Of a stretch of 24,284 nt of DNA, positions 10,458 through 19,893 are shown one piece after another. Location of the stretch: assembly GCF_003428155.1 (NCBI RefSeq), contig NZ_QLIR01000024.1:1-24284 (forward strand), written 5' to 3'. Below the pieces are notes generated by a model that was given only the letters and a program-made list of their open reading frames with translations, did no database searches and was not told where the DNA came from. This DNA comes from Fastidiosibacter lacustris (GTDB lineage Bacteria; Pseudomonadota; Gammaproteobacteria; Francisellales; Francisellaceae). Numbering within the stretch: position 1 is the first letter of the stretch; every line of letters begins with the position of its first letter. The position numbers and the translations under genes are program-made.

Positions 10458-11892
10458 TGACAAGATAAACAAAATAATCAATCAAGAATATAAGCATGGC
10501 TTTGTGACAAATATCGAACAAGAAACTTTTCGAGCAGGCCTTGACGAAGGTATTATTAGTCAAATTTCTGCACGTAAAAATGAGCCTGAATTTATGTTGC
10601 AATGGCGCTTGCAAGCATATCGTAAGTGGTTAAAAATGAAGGAGCCAACTTGGGCACACGTTAACTATGAACCCATTGATTATCAGTTAATTAGCTATTA
10701 CTCAGCACCAAAATTCAATAAAGATCAACCCAAAAGCTTGGATGAGGTGGATCCTGAGTTAATCGAAACTTATAACAAGCTAGGAATCCCTTTGCATGAG
10801 CAAGAAATGTTAGCAGGTGTTGCAGTGGATGCTGTTTTCGATTCGGTATCTGTTGTCACAACATTTAAAGAAAAGCTTGCTGAAGCAGGAGTGATATTTT
10901 GCCCTATTTCAGAAGCGCTAAAGAAGTATCCAGAAGTGGTGCAAAAATACATCGGTAGCGTTGTGCCACAAACTGATAATTATTTTGCTGCTTTAAATTC
11001 AGCTGTATTTAGTGATGGTTCCTTTGTTTATATTCCCAAAGGTGTACGCTGTCCGATGGAACTATCAACATATTTTAGAATCAATGCTTCTAATACGGGG
11101 CAATTTGAGCGTACGCTCATTATTGCGGATGAAGGCAGCTATGTCAGTTATTTAGAAGGCTGTACAGCACCTATGCGTGATGAGAATCAACTACATGCAG
11201 CAGTTGTTGAACTCATTGCACTTAAAGATGCAGAGATTAAATATTCTACAGTACAAAATTGGTATCCTGGTGATAAAGAAGGTAAGGGAGGCATTTACAA
11301 TTTTGTAACAAAACGTGGTCTATGCAAAGGGGAGAATGCAAAAATTTCATGGACACAAGTCGAAACTGGTTCATCAATCACTTGGAAATACCCATCGGTT
11401 ATTTTAAGAGGTGATAATAGTATCGGTGAGTTTTACTCAGTTGCGTTAACGCGTCATGCTCAGCAAGCCGATACGGGAACAAAAATGATTCATATGGGTA
11501 AAAATACCAAAAGCACGATTATCTCAAAAGGTATCTCAGCAGGATGCGCACAAAATACATATCGCGGGTTGGTGCGTACCTTGCCTGTTGCTGAAAATGC
11601 GCGAAATTTTTCACAATGTGATTCTCTTTTAATTGGTCATCAGTGTAGTGCGCATACTTATCCTTACATTGAAAATAAAAGCGAAACAGCGCAAATCGAG
11701 CATGAAGCAACGACTTCAAAAATCTCAGATGAACAGTTGTTTTACTGTCAACAGCGCGGCATAAGTAACGAAGATGCGGTGGCGATGATCGTTAATGGTT
11801 TTTGTAAAGACGTATTTAAGAAGTTACCACTGGAATTTGCGGTAGAAGCACAAAAATTGATAGAAGTTAGTCTAGAAGGGGCGATTGGCTAG
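10450..11892 (+). CDS. sufB: Fe-S cluster assembly scaffold protein SufB
   Basis: 480 aa with typical SufB motifs: [66 protein letters not shown]-type C-terminus (here [23 protein letters not shown]). Confidence 0.96.
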   Translation: MTDDKINKIINQEYKHGFVTNIEQETFRAGLDEGIISQISARKNEPEFMLQWRLQAYRKWLKMKEPTWAHVNYEPIDYQLISYYSAPKFNKDQPKSLDEVDPELIETYNKLGIPLHEQEMLAGVAVDAVFDSVSVVTTFKEKLAEAGVIFCPISEALKKYPEVVQKYIGSVVPQTDNYFAALNSAVFSDGSFVYIPKGVRCPMELSTYFRINASNTGQFERTLIIADEGSYVSYLEGCTAPMRDENQLHAAVVELIALKDAEIKYSTVQNWYPGDKEGKGGIYNFVTKRGLCKGENAKISWTQVETGSSITWKYPSVILRGDNSIGEFYSVALTRHAQQADTGTKMIHMGKNTKSTIISKGISAGCAQNTYRGLVRTLPVAENARNFSQCDSLLIGHQCSAHTYPYIENKSETAQIEHEATTSKISDEQLFYCQQRGISNEDAVAMIVNGFCKDVFKKLPLEFAVEAQKLIEVSLEGAIG

Positions 11893-11962
11893 TAGTGCTA
11901 ATATGCCAATAGTACTTGAAGTACTAAAGAGTTAAAAGAATAAGGTAGAACTGGTAAAAAAG

Positions 11963-12715
11963 ATGTTGTTAGAAATTAAAAACCTACATACAAAAGTTGA
12001 AAATAAAGCGATTTTAAAAGGTATTGACCTTAGGATCAATCCAGGTGAAGTACATGCGATTATGGGACCAAATGGTGCTGGTAAAAGTACGCTAGGTAAT
12101 ATACTAGCAGGAAAACCTGGTTATAAAGTAACAGAGGGAGAAGTGCTATTAGAGGGTAAGAACCTTTTGGAACTTGACGCATCTGAGCGTGCGCATGTAG
12201 GTGTATTTTTAAGCTTCCAGTATCCTGTTGAAATCCCAGGGGTAAGTAATACGCAATTCTTAAAGACAGCGGTTAATAGTATGCGTAAGGCACAAAACCA
12301 GTCTGAGCTTGATGCAATGAGTTTTATGAAAAAGCTGCGTGCAAATATGGAAATTCTAGAAATGGATCAAAAGTATATGAAACGTGGTGTTAATGATGGG
12401 TTTTCAGGTGGTGAAAAAAAGCGTAATGAGATGTTACAAATGATGATGTTAGAGCCAAAAATTTGTATTCTTGATGAGACGGATTCAGGACTTGACATTG
12501 ACGCTTTGCAGGTTGTATCAAAGGGTGCTAACCATATGCGTGATCAAAAGCGAGGATTTATTGTCATCACTCATTACCAGCGCCTATTAAACTATATAGT
12601 GCCAGATTTTGTTCATGTGCTCGCAGATGGCAAGATTGTAAAATCGGGCAATCGTTCGTTGGCATTAGAGCTTGAAGATAAAGGCTATGCTTGGATTAAT
12701 GAACAAGGAGTTTAA
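11963..12715 (+). CDS. sufC: Fe-S cluster assembly ATPase SufC
   Basis: Walker A GPNGAGKSTLGNILAG, GFSGGEKKRNEMLQM, ILDETDSGLDIDAL, ITHYQRLLNYI. Confidence 0.96.
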   Translation: MLLEIKNLHTKVENKAILKGIDLRINPGEVHAIMGPNGAGKSTLGNILAGKPGYKVTEGEVLLEGKNLLELDASERAHVGVFLSFQYPVEIPGVSNTQFLKTAVNSMRKAQNQSELDAMSFMKKLRANMEILEMDQKYMKRGVNDGFSGGEKKRNEMLQMMMLEPKICILDETDSGLDIDALQVVSKGANHMRDQKRGFIVITHYQRLLNYIVPDFVHVLADGKIVKSGNRSLALELEDKGYAWINEQGV

Positions 12716-12717
12716 AA

Positions 12718-13977
12718 ATGTTAGTTTTAGAGAAGGCTTTAGAAGAGTTACCGTTTGTAGATAAAAATACAATTGCAAAGCGACAAAGTGCTTGGCAGGC
12801 TTTTAATGCGGCAGGCTTCCCAAGTAAAAAAAGTGAAGCGTGGCGCTATACTGATTTAAATGCCTTATATCAAAAATACAACATTAAAACCATCAAGTTA
12901 AGTCATAATAAAAATGCAGCTGAGTTTATGTCTTTGCTTAACCTGTATCCAGGTACTTATTATAATATTGTTTTTATTGATGGTACTTTAATTTACTTTG
13001 ATCAAGTTGAAGGGCTTGTTATTGAAAATATACTCACAAAAGAAAGTAAGTTGAACCTAGATGCAGAAGATGCTATAAATGCAATAGATTTACTTAATAT
13101 GTCGTCAACGATTGCAGGTGTTTACATTGAAGTTAAACAAGACATTAAATTAATTAAACCTATCCTTATTACTTATGCTCATAGTGATGGCAGTGCGGGG
13201 ATGTTGTTAAACTATCATAATCACATCAAAGTGGGTAAATCGGCACAATGCTTTATTCGTGAACATTACATTACATTTAGTCATGTTTTAACTGCAATCA
13301 ACGTTAAAACACAGCTTGACCTTGCAGAAGACGTGCATTATACATATGACGTATTGGCAAACATAACCATGCAAAGACTTTTGATCACAAATAGTATTTT
13401 TGTGAAGCTATATAAAAATTCTTACTATGAAACCTTTCAATTGTCATCACAATCGGCACTCAATCGTGTTGACTTTAATGTTGATTTGCTAGAAGAAGGC
13501 GCTGTTTTTAATGCAAAAGGTATTTATACTTTAGCGCAATCTGCACGAGCGGACTATCACTTTTATGTTAATCACCTGGCATCAAATACTCAAAGTGATG
13601 TATCATTTCGAGGTGTTGTTGGAGGTAAGGCATCCGCAACCTTTAATGCGAAGGCTTACGTGAATAAAGGATTGCATGGCATTAAAGCTTTTCAAAATAA
13701 CCGTAATATTCAACTAAGCAATAGTGCTGAAATAAATACCAAACCCGAACTTGAAATTTATTCGGATGATGTTATTTGTTCACATGGTGCAACGATTGGT
13801 TATTTAGATAATCAAGCGTTATTTTATTTAAAATCTCGTGGGATCCCAAACAATGATGCAATGACGCTTCTCATAGAGGGGTTTGCTAAAGAGCTAATTA
13901 CCCTTTTAGATCGAGATGAAGCTACATTGCAAGATTATATTGATAATTTTGAGGGTCATATCAAAAATTTGTTGTAG
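12718..13977 (+). CDS. sufD: Fe-S cluster assembly protein SufD
   Basis: SufD-like C-terminus 'NTKPELEIYSDDVICSHGATIGYLDNQALFYLKSRGIPNNDAMTLLIEGF'. Immediately follows sufC. Confidence 0.93.
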   Translation: MLVLEKALEELPFVDKNTIAKRQSAWQAFNAAGFPSKKSEAWRYTDLNALYQKYNIKTIKLSHNKNAAEFMSLLNLYPGTYYNIVFIDGTLIYFDQVEGLVIENILTKESKLNLDAEDAINAIDLLNMSSTIAGVYIEVKQDIKLIKPILITYAHSDGSAGMLLNYHNHIKVGKSAQCFIREHYITFSHVLTAINVKTQLDLAEDVHYTYDVLANITMQRLLITNSIFVKLYKNSYYETFQLSSQSALNRVDFNVDLLEEGAVFNAKGIYTLAQSARADYHFYVNHLASNTQSDVSFRGVVGGKASATFNAKAYVNKGLHGIKAFQNNRNIQLSNSAEINTKPELEIYSDDVICSHGATIGYLDNQALFYLKSRGIPNNDAMTLLIEGFAKELITLLDRDEATLQDYIDNFEGHIKNLL

Positions 13978-14087
13978 AAGTTTATCTTTTAAGAACTACT
14001 TGCAAAATTCAGTATTGATTGAATTTTAGCTTAATCAAAACCTTTAATTTATATTAAGCTTATGCAGCTTTTAAATTTATTTTATTA

Positions 14088-14225
14088 CCTTGCAGTATAG
14101 ATTATGAGAAGGGAGGGAGAAAGTATACTGCAAGGCAATTTGCTTGGTCTCAAGGGTTTAGATCACAGGTCATACTGAAAGAGAAGGGAGAGAGAAGTAC
14201 TGCCCTATAATCGAATGCCCTTGAG
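14088..14225 (+). ncRNA. Candidate structured RNA (small RNA or leader) with two purine-loop hairpins
   Basis: Perfect 12-nt inverted repeat CCTTGCAGTATA (14088-14099) / TATACTGCAAGG (14124-14135) enclosing GAGAAGGGAGGGAGAAAG. Second perfect 8-nt pair CTCAAGGG (14149-14156) / CCCTTGAG (14218-14225) enclosing an inner hairpin with the near-copy GAGAAGGGAGAGAGAAG. No long ORF. Strand uncertain. Confidence 0.4.
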
Positions 14226-14315
14226 TGAAGTCAGTATCACAAGCAAAAATTAAAATAAGCTTAAGGTAACCATAAATGTTGATAAAATTTTATAAAAAAT
14301 GAATTTTCTTTTTTG

Positions 14316-14329
14316 ATGTGATATCACAT
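14316..14329. repeat. Perfect 14-bp palindrome ATGTGATATCACAT upstream of the permease
   Basis: Self-reverse-complementary sequence in the permease upstream region; possible operator. Confidence 0.35.
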
Positions 14330-14530
14330 TCATTTATCTGTAAAGCTAGACAAGTTAAGTTTCGTTGTTTTTGTTTAGTATTATTTACGTTGTGATTGAG
14401 TCGTAAATTAGATATTGGATTTTGTTATATAAAATTTTTGTTTTAGTCATCTAATATTTTGATTGACCATAAAAAAAATTGGTTCTAATATTCGCACTTT
14501 CTGTCACTCTAACTTAAGGCATGATCAACT

Positions 14531-15910
14531 ATGACGGAAGTAAAAACATTAAGAAAAGACCTTAAACTGCGCCACCTTGAACTTATTTCTTTAGGAGGAA
14601 TTATTGGATCGGCCTTTTTCCTTGGAACAGGTTATATTGTTGCTCAAGCTGGACCTGCCGTTTTAATTTCGTACGCTTTGGGTGGATTAATCGTTTTTCT
14701 TGTGATGTTATGTTTGTGTGAACTAACGGTTGCAATGCCAAGTTCCAGTTCATTTATTCAATACGCCAGTGACTACATTTCACCAACTTGGGCCTGTGGG
14801 ACAGGTTGGTCGTATTGGTTAAACTGGATTGCATATATTCCAGCAGAGTGCACGGCTGCAGGAATCATAATGCACTATATTATTCCGAGTGTGCCAGCGT
14901 TTAGTTGGGCTATGTTATTTGGGTTTGTCATTACCATTATCAATTTGTCCAAAGTACGCATATTTGGTGAGATGGAGTTTTGGCTAGCAATTGTAAAAAT
15001 TTCTGCAATTATCATGTTTTGCATATTAGCCTTGTTTATATTTTTTGGTTTATATAAAAGTAGTGGCAAAATGCCAACGATTGGCACTGAGTATTTGCTT
15101 GGAGATGGTGGTTTCTTCCCTAAAGGAAAGCTTGTTTTAATTAGTTTGATGGTCATGTTATTGGTTAATTTTCAAGGCTCGGAAATCGTTTGTTTGGCAG
15201 CAGCTGAATCTAAAGATACCGATGTTGCGATTCCACGCGCTTCACGCAATATTGCTATTCGCATCGTGCTATTATATTTAGTACCAGTTTTTCTGTTAGT
15301 ACTTATTTTTCCCTGGAGTAAAATGGACAGTGACACTTCTGTTTTTATATTAGCTTTGCAACAATATGGCTTTCATTGGATAGCAGGCATATTTACATTT
15401 GTTGTACTAACGGCGGCATTTTCTTGTGCTAATAGTGGCATGTATGCAAGTGTAAGGGCTTTATATGGACTTTCTCAACAAAAAATGGCACCAAAAATTT
15501 TCTCGCGCTTGAATCGCCATCAAGTTCCGATGATAGCTGCAATTTTTACTTTGGTTTGTATTTGGATCTTTCTAATATTGTCATACTTTTTTTCATCAAC
15601 AACTGCATTTTCATATTTGTTAAGTATCTCTGGGTTCACTGGTGCAATTTGTTGGATTTCAATTTGTTGGGCGCAGTATAACTTTAGAAAGCATTGTAAA
15701 CGGAATAACATCGAATTAAAGGGAAAGTTTAAAACACCTTTTTATCCTGTGGTTCCACTTTTGGGGATTTGGCTACAAATTGCTTGTTTAGTGTTGTTGT
15801 TATGGAATGAAGAGTTGCGTCCTGCGTTTTACTTTGGTGCTCCTGCTGTTTTTTTGCCGATGATTATTTATTGGGGTTATAAAAAATATGCTAAAAGGTC
15901 AAGTGTTTAG
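14531..15910 (+). CDS. APC-family amino-acid permease
   Basis: KLRHLELISLGGIIGSAFFLGTGYIVAQAGPAVLISYALGG N-terminus and about 12 TM segments. Typical of the GABA permease/amino-acid transporter (AAT) subgroup. Substrate not deducible. Confidence 0.88.
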   Translation: MTEVKTLRKDLKLRHLELISLGGIIGSAFFLGTGYIVAQAGPAVLISYALGGLIVFLVMLCLCELTVAMPSSSSFIQYASDYISPTWACGTGWSYWLNWIAYIPAECTAAGIIMHYIIPSVPAFSWAMLFGFVITIINLSKVRIFGEMEFWLAIVKISAIIMFCILALFIFFGLYKSSGKMPTIGTEYLLGDGGFFPKGKLVLISLMVMLLVNFQGSEIVCLAAAESKDTDVAIPRASRNIAIRIVLLYLVPVFLLVLIFPWSKMDSDTSVFILALQQYGFHWIAGIFTFVVLTAAFSCANSGMYASVRALYGLSQQKMAPKIFSRLNRHQVPMIAAIFTLVCIWIFLILSYFFSSTTAFSYLLSISGFTGAICWISICWAQYNFRKHCKRNNIELKGKFKTPFYPVVPLLGIWLQIACLVLLLWNEELRPAFYFGAPAVFLPMIIYWGYKKYAKRSSV

Positions 15911-16030
15911 GTGTTTTATAGATCATAAAATCTTGATGTTTATTTGCTAATTATTTTTTTTATTTCTTTTTAATAAAATTTTTATTTACAGCAGCTTATG
16001 TTGTTGTTAATTTATGTAAGATTTTTAAGA

Positions 16031-16068
16031 GCTTTGTCTCTAGTTGTGGTACAACTAGATGACAAGGT
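16031..16068 (+). promoter_or_regulatory. Long hairpin upstream of speA
   Basis: TTGTC-TCTAGTTGT-GGT-ACAACTAGA-T-GACAA: 9 bp perfect stem with 3-nt loop, then a one-nt bulge and 5 more bp, extendable with G-U pairs. No T-run follows. Confidence 0.4.
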
Positions 16069-16231
16069 GAGTTTAAGGGGCGCTTTGAGTGTGAATGTGG
16101 TATTAAAATGCGTTATTATACACCATTGGTGCATATTGACGTGTTTGCTTTGCCACAGTATGTCGTAGAGGTATTACGCTAGCTAAACGTGATGCAATTC
16201 CATTAACAATTTTCATAGAAGGAGGATTTCT

Positions 16232-17917
16232 ATGGAAAACCATTTATTTTCATTAAAGGCATTTCAAACTTTTGAACCCTATTTTAGCTATGATCAGAAT
16301 AATCAGCTATGCGTTCATTATGGACAGAATTTTGAGCAATTTATGCCTCTTGTTGACATTGTTAATAATGCACTTGAGCAAGGTGCCAAAAAGCCTTGTG
16401 TGCTTACTTTTAGACATATTACAGAAGATAGAATGCTTAAGCTCTATCAAAGTTTTAATAAAGTGATGAGAAATTATCGTTATCAAGGACATTATCAATT
16501 AGCCTACCCAATTAAAGTCAATCCAAATGCTAATGTTATGCAAACATTAAAGAATTGTGCACATAAGCACGATTTACCGTTTAGTTTTGAAGTCGGTAGT
16601 AAATCTGAGCTTTTGAGTGTTTTGGCGATCAGTTCAAAACAAAATAGTATTATTTGTAATGGATTTAAGGACCTTGAGTTTTATCGGTTGGGGAATTTGG
16701 CAGCAAAACTTGGATTTAAAGTGGTGATGGTGCTTGAGCATGTTAGCGAAGTGACTTTGGTCAAAGCTTTAGCTCAAGAAGATCATGTTTACGTTGATTT
16801 AGGGTTTAGAACTAAACCTTTTATTGATGATTTACATAGTATAAAGTTTGGTTTGAGTCTTGTAGACATATTAAGTGCAAAAAATGAAATTAAGGCACTA
16901 AATCTTGCACATAAGGTCGTACTTTTACACGGTCATATTGGTTCACAACTTAAGAATCTAAAACAAGTAGAAAAACATATCAATATGATGGTTTGTTTAT
17001 ATGCAGAATTGCTTAAAGAGTGTGTTAACTTAAACTTAATCGACTTAGGTGGTGGTTTGGGTATTGATTATTTAAATACTCAAAAACCACACTTTGAATT
17101 TGACTATTATGCGCAGACAGTTGTTAGAACATTTAGCTATTATGTTGATTTATTCGACTTACCTCATCCAAACCTGATTACAGAATCTGGGCGTGCAATG
17201 ACAGCGATGTCTAGTGTGTTAATTGTGTCCCCACTTTATCAAACCTTGTGTTTTGATTCTGTTGCACAAACAAGTTATGATAAAGCGACACAAGATCAAT
17301 GGTTAAGAGGTGACATTGATTTAAACACTCTTCTAGGGAGTAGTAACTTAAGTTATATCGATCAGACAAATCAATACAAGTTATGGTTAAATTTTTCGTT
17401 ATTCCAATCGCTACCAGATCACTGGGGAATTAATCAGCATTTTCCTTTGCTACCCGTAAGACATTATTCAGCAACGGAAACTATAGATTGTCAGATATTT
17501 GATATTTCTTGTGATGCAGATGGTGTCATCAAGGGCAAAGATGGCATGGATTATATTTCCTTACCTATGACTGAAATTGGGGATCTTGCCTTTATGTTTG
17601 TTGGTAGTTATCAAGACATGTTAAGTAGTAAGCATAACGTCATTGGCAAGACTAGTAGGGTCGAGATAAACTTTAATATGTATGATGAATGTGTAATATC
17701 GGTTGAAGCGGCAGAAGACTATCATGCTTTATTATGTCAATATGGGCATAATCCTCTATCTCTCTTATCTAAATTTCAGCGGCTTAGCCAATACAATGCA
17801 CAAACTGAGCTTACCACTAATGATTTAACATTATTGGATAATATGTTAAATGGGTTTCCTTATTTACAATTCACTACATATGAGGAGTCTGTGAATGCAA
17901 AAATATTTGCCAGCTGA
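16232..17917 (+). CDS. speA: Biosynthetic arginine decarboxylase (SpeA-like, compact)
   Basis: YPIKVNPNANVMQTL, FEVGSKSELLSVLA, IICNGFKDLEFYRLGNLAAKLG, HGHIGSQLKN, LIDLGGGLGIDY, HPNLITESGRAMTAMSSVLIV; GAAGGAGGA SD. Followed by agmatine-utilising enzymes. Confidence 0.88.
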   Translation: MENHLFSLKAFQTFEPYFSYDQNNQLCVHYGQNFEQFMPLVDIVNNALEQGAKKPCVLTFRHITEDRMLKLYQSFNKVMRNYRYQGHYQLAYPIKVNPNANVMQTLKNCAHKHDLPFSFEVGSKSELLSVLAISSKQNSIICNGFKDLEFYRLGNLAAKLGFKVVMVLEHVSEVTLVKALAQEDHVYVDLGFRTKPFIDDLHSIKFGLSLVDILSAKNEIKALNLAHKVVLLHGHIGSQLKNLKQVEKHINMMVCLYAELLKECVNLNLIDLGGGLGIDYLNTQKPHFEFDYYAQTVVRTFSYYVDLFDLPHPNLITESGRAMTAMSSVLIVSPLYQTLCFDSVAQTSYDKATQDQWLRGDIDLNTLLGSSNLSYIDQTNQYKLWLNFSLFQSLPDHWGINQHFPLLPVRHYSATETIDCQIFDISCDADGVIKGKDGMDYISLPMTEIGDLAFMFVGSYQDMLSSKHNVIGKTSRVEINFNMYDECVISVEAAEDYHALLCQYGHNPLSLLSKFQRLSQYNAQTELTTNDLTLLDNMLNGFPYLQFTTYEESVNAKIFAS

Positions 17918-18878
17918 GTGGCAAAAACATAGTGCAACATGGATGATTTGGCCTATTCGTTATCAAATTTGGCCAAATTTTGAAAAGGCTTGCCAAGTAT
18001 ATGCAAATGTTGCTAATAAAGTCAGTGAATATGAGACAGTAAAGGTGATTGTGGCACCAGAACAAATCAAGCTTGCACGTCAATATTTGTCTCAACATAT
18101 TCATTTAATTCAATATCAGGCTGATGATTCTTGGGCTCGCGATAGTGCACCAATTTTTATGAATAATAATGGTAGCTTATTGGCTTTGAACTGGCGATTT
18201 AACGCTTGGGGTGAGAAATTCTTACCCTATGATCAAGATCAAAAACTAAAGCTTATGCTTGCACAAATTGAATCTTGGGATACGCTTGAAATTGATATGG
18301 TGTTAGAAGGAGGGGCTATTCATAGCAATGGTCAGGGAACGTTGTTAACTACTGCAGAATGCTTGCTTAACTCTAATCGCAATAAAAACCTCTCTAAAAA
18401 AGAAATTGAACAAAACTTATCAACGTATTTAAACGTTTCTCGTCAACTATGGTTACCGTTTGGAATAGACGGGGATGTAGATACTGATGGCCATGTCGAT
18501 AATGTGGCATGTTTTAGTAATGAAAAAACAATTTGTATTCAAGCTTGTTATGATCAATTAGATGAAAACTATGTGCGCCATAATCACAATATGAGTTATT
18601 TACAACAGATCGCACCAGATCTTGATGTAGTTGAAATTCCTCAGCCTCAAAAACGGAGTTTTCAAGGTGAGCGCTTAGCATTATCTTATTTAAATTTTTA
18701 TATTTGTAATGGTGCCTTGATTATGCCAAAGTTTGATCAGGAAAAAGAAGATCAAAATGCAAAGACCATCCTTCAAGAACAGTTTCCAACTTATGATATT
18801 CATCAAATTAATGTACAGGATTTAGTTGTAGGAGGCGGTGGTATTCATTGCATTACCATGCAACAGCCAAAGTGTTAA
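17895..18878 (+). CDS. aguA: Agmatine deiminase
   Basis: LPAEWQKHSATWMIWP, DDSWARDSAPIFM, NWRFNAWG, LEGGAIHSNGQGTLLTTAECLLN, DGHVDNVACF, C-terminal GGGGIHCITMQQP. Overlaps the speA end by 23 nt. Confidence 0.95.
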   Translation: MQKYLPAEWQKHSATWMIWPIRYQIWPNFEKACQVYANVANKVSEYETVKVIVAPEQIKLARQYLSQHIHLIQYQADDSWARDSAPIFMNNNGSLLALNWRFNAWGEKFLPYDQDQKLKLMLAQIESWDTLEIDMVLEGGAIHSNGQGTLLTTAECLLNSNRNKNLSKKEIEQNLSTYLNVSRQLWLPFGIDGDVDTDGHVDNVACFSNEKTICIQACYDQLDENYVRHNHNMSYLQQIAPDLDVVEIPQPQKRSFQGERLALSYLNFYICNGALIMPKFDQEKEDQNAKTILQEQFPTYDIHQINVQDLVVGGGGIHCITMQQPKC

Positions 18879-18972
18879 AAATCTCTATAAGCTTCTGTGG
18901 CATCAAAACCTTGACTTAAATTGCATAAAATAGAAATGAATAAGAGTTTAATAAAAGAAAAAGGAAAATAAA

Positions 18973-19830
18973 ATGACTGTTAAAGTAGCGGTTATTCAAT
19001 CAAAATTCAGTAATGACGTTGATAGTAATATCATACACTTAAATCAAAGAGTTGTTGAGGCAGCAGTAAGAGGTGCACAAATTATTTTGATGCCTGAATT
19101 GCCGTCATATTGGTATTTTTGTAAACGCCAAGATCCAGCGTATTTTGCTATGGCAGAAACTTTAGAGGAGTGTAAACTTATTGGTTTAATGCGAAAAATT
19201 GCTAAGGAATATCAAGTAGTATTGCCAACAAGCTTCTTTGAAAAAGTTGGAAACACATGTTTTAACTCTGTGGCGATGATTGATGCAGATGGAAGTATTT
19301 TAGGTATATATCGTAAATCTCATATTCCTGATGGTGCAGGTTATCAAGAGAAATATTATTTCTCACCAGGAAAATCAGGTTTTAAAGTATGGCAGACGAG
19401 ATATGCTAAAGTAGGCTGCGCAATTTGTTGGGATCAATGGTTTCCAGAAGCAGCAAGGATTATGGCGCTTAAAGGTGCAGATTTGCTTTTATATCCAACT
19501 GCAATTGGTAGTGAGCCACATTTACCAGACTATGATTCAAAAGATCACTGGCAGCGAACAATGCAAGGACACGCAGCAGCAAACATGGTTCCTGTTCTTG
19601 CTGCAAATCGCTATGGGGAAGAAAGTGATAGTAGCATCCAGACAACTTTTTATGGCAGTTCATTTATTACAGATGGCTTTGGACAGAAAATAGCAGAATC
19701 ACCGCGCCAAGGTGACGATATTCTCTATGCGAGCTTCAATTTGAAAAAGCTTCAAGAAAACCGCTTTGCATGGGGTCTATTCCGTGATAGGAGACCTGAG
19801 CTATATCATGATATTACGGCGGAAGCATAA
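18973..19830 (+). CDS. aguB: N-carbamoylputrescine amidase (carbon-nitrogen hydrolase)
   Basis: Nitrilase-type Glu/Lys/Cys context: LMPELPSYWYFC, YRKSHIPDGAGYQEKYYFSPG, VGCAICWDQWFPEAARIMALKGAD, HGAANMVPVLAANRYGEE-type segment (here HAAANMVPVLAANRYGEE). Confidence 0.93.
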   Translation: MTVKVAVIQSKFSNDVDSNIIHLNQRVVEAAVRGAQIILMPELPSYWYFCKRQDPAYFAMAETLEECKLIGLMRKIAKEYQVVLPTSFFEKVGNTCFNSVAMIDADGSILGIYRKSHIPDGAGYQEKYYFSPGKSGFKVWQTRYAKVGCAICWDQWFPEAARIMALKGADLLLYPTAIGSEPHLPDYDSKDHWQRTMQGHAAANMVPVLAANRYGEESDSSIQTTFYGSSFITDGFGQKIAESPRQGDDILYASFNLKKLQENRFAWGLFRDRRPELYHDITAEA

Positions 19831-19893
19831 GGATATATGCCAATAAAATCGGCTCACTGTTATACGTTGCCTAAGTTTCAGCTTCTGAGATTA

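Noticed and set aside
14316-14329. CRP/FNR binding site
   Set aside because: TGTGA and TCACA are separated by 2 bp rather than 6, so it does not fit the CRP consensus; kept only as an unassigned palindrome.
16031-16068. Intrinsic terminator for the permease gene
   Set aside because: Strong stem but no following T-run, and more than 120 nt past the stop codon; reported instead as an unexplained hairpin.
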